Origin: a virus
Taxonomy: Duplodnaviria > Caudoviricetes
DNA length: 41,152 nt
Reading direction: 5' to 3' (one strand)
Virus record (IMG/VR): IMGVR_UViG_3300037424_000125
Span: 1-41,152 of that record
Shown: one piece after another, positions 37,676 to 41,152 of the stretch
Position numbering within the stretch: position 1 is the stretch's first letter
Layout: the number at the start of each line of letters is the position of its first letter
Position numbers and translations under genes: made by a program
The notes under the pieces: generated by a model
The model's input: only the letters and a program-made list of their open reading frames with translations
Databases searched by the model: none
Told to the model about the DNA's origin: nothing

Positions 37676-37714
37676 GTAAAATCCGAATCTGGTTCTAACG
37701 GGTGGGTTGCGGTA

Positions 37715-37945
37715 ATGGAGAGCGCTGGAGCATTGGAAAAAGCGGTCAATTTTTTGTTGGAACAGGGACTATCTGGGCTCATCATCCTCGCTTTAGGTCT
37801 CGCGGTGTGGAAGCTCTACACTCGCAACCAAGAGCTACACACAACCCTCTACGACGTAGGTCGGGAGAGCGTTAGAGCCAACGAGACGACAGCAGCCGCG
37901 CTTAATCGGCTTTCCGACCTGCTCCTGCATAGCAGCCGGGAGTAA
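37715..37945 (+). CDS. Small membrane protein, holin candidate
   Basis: LLEQGLSGLIILALGLAVWKLY TM segment plus a coiled-coil tail. Confidence 0.62.
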   Translation: MESAGALEKAVNFLLEQGLSGLIILALGLAVWKLYTRNQELHTTLYDVGRESVRANETTAAALNRLSDLLLHSSRE

Positions 37946-37952
37946 TCTCACC

Positions 37953-38147
37953 GTGCAGAAGATGTTAAAGGCGATCCTGATGCCTAGGGACGGTTCACGA
38001 AAAGAAGTGAGCGACGCGGTATCTGCATCCAGCGAACGGGTGCAAGATGCGGCCACACGGTTCGAACAAACCATTCGCGGGATGATCGAGAAGGCCGGTC
38101 CACCCACGCCACTTTTGCCGATCCGAAAGCATCCGGCACACCGCTAG
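37953..38147 (+). CDS. Hypothetical protein
   Basis: 64 aa, GTG start after GGGAG. Last rightward gene. Confidence 0.5.
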   Translation: MQKMLKAILMPRDGSRKEVSDAVSASSERVQDAATRFEQTIRGMIEKAGPPTPLLPIRKHPAHR

Positions 38148-38359
38148 AGGCCCAAAAGCTTGCGTTGCCTATCGAGCCCGCCGTGTCGGCAGGCCGGGCA
38201 CTTGTGCGTCCATGTCGTGCCGTGGATGCTAATCTCCCAGCCCTCGTCCTTGGCGACGCCGAGCATCATGTCGAAGTCATCGGTATCGTAGACCTCCGTG
38301 GTTGTGGTGCAGTAGTCGCATTGGATTTGGCGGTCACGGCCGTCTTTCAGTAGGGTCAT
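38144..38359 (-). CDS. Small zinc-ribbon protein
   Basis: CDYC...GW...HKCPAC. ATGA coupling. Confidence 0.78.
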   Translation of the reverse strand: MTLLKDGRDRQIQCDYCTTTTEVYDTDDFDMMLGVAKDEGWEISIHGTTWTHKCPACRHGGLDRQRKLLGL

Positions 38360-38562
38360 TTCAGGTCCTTCGGTTTTTCGAGTTTGTATCCCGCGCTGAT
38401 GACGCGGCCGTCTTCATCTGTTTGTGACCAACGAGCCTTTCGGACGGCGCAACAGAGTCCCCGGCGTTCCCACTGATACTCCATGGCGGCTTTGAGCGCT
38501 CGCGGCTCGGTAAGGTCTGGGCCATGTTTACGGCGGCTGCGCGTCGTCTCGTGCTTGATCAT
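38356..38562 (-). CDS. Hypothetical protein
   Basis: MIKHETT start has an ATGA overlap with the upstream stop; its own stop overlaps the next start. Confidence 0.65.
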   Translation of the reverse strand: MIKHETTRSRRKHGPDLTEPRALKAAMEYQWERRGLCCAVRKARWSQTDEDGRVISAGYKLEKPKDLK

Positions 38563-39023
38563 ACCAAGGGCTCCCCTTCGATCCTCCGGACCTTGTTGAT
38601 GATGCGCCACGCAGCCGCGACCTGTTGATAGGTCAGATCGTAGTCGCTCTGGGTTTTACGCAGAATGTCCTCGATAAAATCCATCTCCCACCCGGATAGG
38701 TGTTCCTCGAAGTCTCGTGCCCACCGGAGTCCGGCGAGCGCTCCGGCGGCGTCGTACCGACTCGCTTTCTTTCGCTTGTGCTCCGGCCTGTAGTTCCGCA
38801 GATCGTCCGGGGCCTTCTCGGCCGGACGATCTCGATAGACGGTCTTCTCGACGATGCGATCCCGGTAGATGATCGTCTCGCCGCCGGTCATCACCAGATC
38901 GGCGATGGTCTTGCCTTCGGCCTTGGCGAGCTTGGCGATCATGGCGGCCGCGTTCGCGCGCTCGCCATCGAAGTCCGAGCCGAGCATTCCGAGAAGCTTC
39001 ACGAGTCGACTCCGGTCAGCCAT
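38559..39023 (-). CDS. Hypothetical protein with a DUF2786-like N-terminal helical hairpin
   Basis: RLVKLLGMLGSDFDGERANAA, and C-terminal LSGWEMDFI..I. Confidence 0.75.
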   Translation of the reverse strand: MADRSRLVKLLGMLGSDFDGERANAAAMIAKLAKAEGKTIADLVMTGGETIIYRDRIVEKTVYRDRPAEKAPDDLRNYRPEHKRKKASRYDAAGALAGLRWARDFEEHLSGWEMDFIEDILRKTQSDYDLTYQQVAAAWRIINKVRRIEGEPLV

Positions 39024-39070
39024 TCAAACGAGCCACCACGCGATGCGTTCTCGAAGGTCTCTGCGGTCCG

Positions 39071-39583
39071 TCATATCAAGTATGCTCCGCTCCCCCACCA
39101 GTCTTCCCATTGGAGCCAGACGTTCGTGATCTCGCGCCGGCCTTCCTTGGCGTACTGAATGCAGTTGTACGTGCCGCCGGAGCGGTCTCCGTTCCACAGT
39201 GCGGTGACATCCAAGGTGTTGTCGATCATCCAGCGGTTCCGCTCTTGGAGCGCCCACGGCACGCCGCCGTCTTCGACCTGCCACCGTTCGCAGACGACGT
39301 GAACGAAGCTGGCGGCGTTGACGAGACGCCGATAGGTCTCTTGGGCGGCTTTCGGCCAACGGCTTTCCTGCCCCTCGAACGGGATGATGGCTCCGAACGG
39401 GATTCCGAGCCGTACAGAGGCGATAGCGACGGACTGATCCCAACCCAAGGCCATGCCGGAAAGAACGCTGGACGGCCGCCGCTGGGTCAGCACGCCCACA
39501 GCGAAGGCCGACAAAGCATTGTCGAGTTCGCGGGAGTGCCCGCCGAGCTTGTCCGGTCGATGTCCGGTCACGGCCGTGGTCAT
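39071..39583 (-). CDS. YspA/DUF1273 family SLOG-fold protein
   Basis: AVTGHRP, SGMALGWDQ, IPFEGQESRW, RNRWMID, ALWNG..SGGTYNCIQYA. Start has an ATGA overlap. Confidence 0.9.
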   Translation of the reverse strand: MTTAVTGHRPDKLGGHSRELDNALSAFAVGVLTQRRPSSVLSGMALGWDQSVAIASVRLGIPFGAIIPFEGQESRWPKAAQETYRRLVNAASFVHVVCERWQVEDGGVPWALQERNRWMIDNTLDVTALWNGDRSGGTYNCIQYAKEGRREITNVWLQWEDWWGSGAYLI

Positions 39584-39795
39584 CTCAGGTATCTCTCCAT
39601 CTCGGCCGCTTTGACGCGTTCGGAGCGTTGGCTGCTGTTCGTCACCGGCCGGTACGCTTCGGCTCCCGGCGGGATAATCTTGCGAGTGAGGACGCAAGTC
39701 TGGGCCTTCCGGACGCGGCACTTCACCCACGGCCCGCAGAACATCGCGGCCGTGCCGGTGACTTCAACCAAGCCATCTCCAACGCGGCGGATCAT
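39580..39795 (-). CDS. Hypothetical protein
   Basis: MIRRVGDG start has TAATG coupling and a GGAG/AGGA RBS. RK...C...I.PG..AYRP. Confidence 0.7.
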   Translation of the reverse strand: MIRRVGDGLVEVTGTAAMFCGPWVKCRVRKAQTCVLTRKIIPPGAEAYRPVTNSSQRSERVKAAEMERYLR

Positions 39796-40196
39796 TATCC
39801 TTCTCCCAGTCGACACCGGTCCGTGCAGAGTTGCGGGTGTGGGCAGTCGTTGAAGACATAGTGGCAGTGGAAGGTCCGGATAATTTCACTCCGGGGCCGC
39901 GCATAGTGTTCGAGTGCGTCCCGCCGCCTTTGATCGAGTAGAGTTTCGAGCGCATTCCGGGGCTGCGCTAGATCAAAAGGCTCGCCGTCGCCGGGGAAGA
40001 GTTGGTCGACTCGTCGTAGTCGTCCCTCAAGCTGGCGAAGGATTGCCAGCAAGTGCTCGGGGTTCGCGACCAGCAAACGACGCATGGTCGTTAGGTCATC
40101 GGCCGCGAACTCCATGCTCTTGGCGCGGTATCCGCCAGCCGCCGCGCCTTCGAAGGGTATCTCGATCACGTCGCCGTCATGCAGGGTGAGTTTCAT
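39795..40196 (-). CDS. Hypothetical protein with Cys/His-rich C-terminus
   Basis: GGAG RBS. HCHY..NDCPHP.LC...C. Confidence 0.7.
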   Translation of the reverse strand: MKLTLHDGDVIEIPFEGAAAGGYRAKSMEFAADDLTTMRRLLVANPEHLLAILRQLEGRLRRVDQLFPGDGEPFDLAQPRNALETLLDQRRRDALEHYARPRSEIIRTFHCHYVFNDCPHPQLCTDRCRLGEG

Positions 40197-40548
40197 TGGG
40201 TGGGCTCCATTTCATGGGAAGCTCGGCGATCCCGAAGAGATCGACGTAGAGATGGATTTCGTTGCCGTGGGCCAATTCGGCGTATTCATAGACGACGAAC
40301 CGGGCCGGGCTATAGGCGTTGCCGGTCCCCCGGCCGAGGTAGCTCGTATACCCGGAGTGCTTGACGTAGAGCAGCTTGCGATCCGGGTCGTGCTTAATTA
40401 CTCGCGCCTCGTGGATGCCGGCCGTGCCGTCGAGCTTCACCCACGCGCCGATCCGGGTGACGGTCTCTTTGTCGCAGCCGAGCGTGGCGTATCCCCAAGA
40501 CATGTTGCTACCCTCTTTGATGGCGATCAGCCGGAACCGTTGCCTCAT
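40177..40548 (-). CDS. Hypothetical protein
   Basis: ATGA overlap with the methyltransferase stop. Alternative start at MSWG after GAGGG. Confidence 0.7.
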   Translation of the reverse strand: MRQRFRLIAIKEGSNMSWGYATLGCDKETVTRIGAWVKLDGTAGIHEARVIKHDPDRKLLYVKHSGYTSYLGRGTGNAYSPARFVVYEYAELAHGNEIHLYVDLFGIAELPMKWSPPNETHPA

Positions 40549-41152
40549 ATCAGGGCTTCCATCTCGGGGTCGCGTCCCGGTTCGTTGAGTTCGTTCCCCC
40601 AGCAGGACCAGCCGTCGCGCCAGCGCCGGGCGAACAGTTCGAGGTACGGTCCGGCGACCAGACGCTCGATCCGTTCGTGGGTCTCGTCCGGCTTCTGGCT
40701 ATGATCTCGGCGGCGGCTGACGATCAGTCGGCGCACGTCTTTGTTCGTCCGTTTCGGCTTGCCGATGGTGTTCAGGAAGCAGCGCTCGACCTCGCTCTCT
40801 TCGCCGAGATAGCATTCAAAGGCGTGTTCCGGGTTCGCTCTGGTCCAAAAGCCGGAGCCCATGAAGAACGAACCGTCCTTGTTCGTCTTTGCCCAATAGA
40901 GCCCGACGGTCTTGTACTTGAACCCCCATGCGCTGATGATGTCGTGTGCCAGCAGGACGTGACTGTCGATCACCCAGAAGAACATCACGCAGTTCTTCGC
41001 CACCAGATCGCGAACGGGAAGCGCCTTGATCTCGTCGATGGTCATGGTCGGATAGTGCCTGTCGGCGCTTCGGCCTCGGCCCTTCTTTGACCACGTGAGG
41101 TATTTCCACGGCACGTCGACGAGCATTGCCTGATAGTGGTTTCGGTGGAGTC
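40545..41152 (-). CDS. MT-A70 family adenine methyltransferase (5' end beyond the window)
   Basis: DVPW (DPPW-like), ADRHYPTM, FFWV, AWGFKYKT, W.K, G.G.WTRAN.E, HSQKP, YLELFAR...GW..WGNE. The frame is open to the window edge. Confidence 0.9.
   Translation of the reverse strand, partial: LHRNHYQAMLVDVPWKYLTWSKKGRGRSADRHYPTMTIDEIKALPVRDLVAKNCVMFFWVIDSHVLLAHDIISAWGFKYKTVGLYWAKTNKDGSFFMGSGFWTRANPEHAFECYLGEESEVERCFLNTIGKPKRTNKDVRRLIVSRRRDHSQKPDETHERIERLVAGPYLELFARRWRDGWSCWGNELNEPGRDPEMEALI

Noticed and set aside
39584-39730. Longer starts for several ORFs (39730, 15173, 27637, 30235, 30540, 34483, 38610)
   Set aside because: Downstream ATGs show stop-start coupling or an RBS and match the domain starts; the extensions overlap neighbouring genes.

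Overview
This window is the left ~41 kb of a GC-rich, cos-ended siphophage genome with Chi-like (Casjensviridae-type) gene order. The host is probably an alphaproteobacterium; that is inferred from gene content, not proven. It opens with a Chi-like cohesive-end sequence and a cluster of GTGACA repeats. Next come a leftward AEP primase/VirE-type helicase and a Cro-like regulator, then a rightward replication block (DUF2800 nuclease, DUF2815 SSB, PolA, VRR-NUC, SNF2 helicase). A lambda-like head module, a non-contractile tail module with a -1 frameshifted chaperone, and a lysis cassette follow. The window ends in leftward accessory genes, including a YspA/SLOG protein and an MT-A70 methyltransferase cut by the window edge. 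No integrase, tRNA or CRISPR array was seen. Main unexplained signals: (1) a stand-alone paralog of the primase-helicase C-terminal domain, encoded over the putative iterons; (2) an acidic-L-[I/V] peptide motif ending nine unrelated proteins, with an identical QADIDDLVG in the primase and terminase small subunit; (3) one ~117-aa domain inserted in both the head decoration and major tail proteins; (4) a Flp-prepilin-like leader on a tail-tip protein; (5) no RGATCY sites among roughly 300 GATC sites. All family assignments come from motif recognition and synteny by eye; no searches were run.
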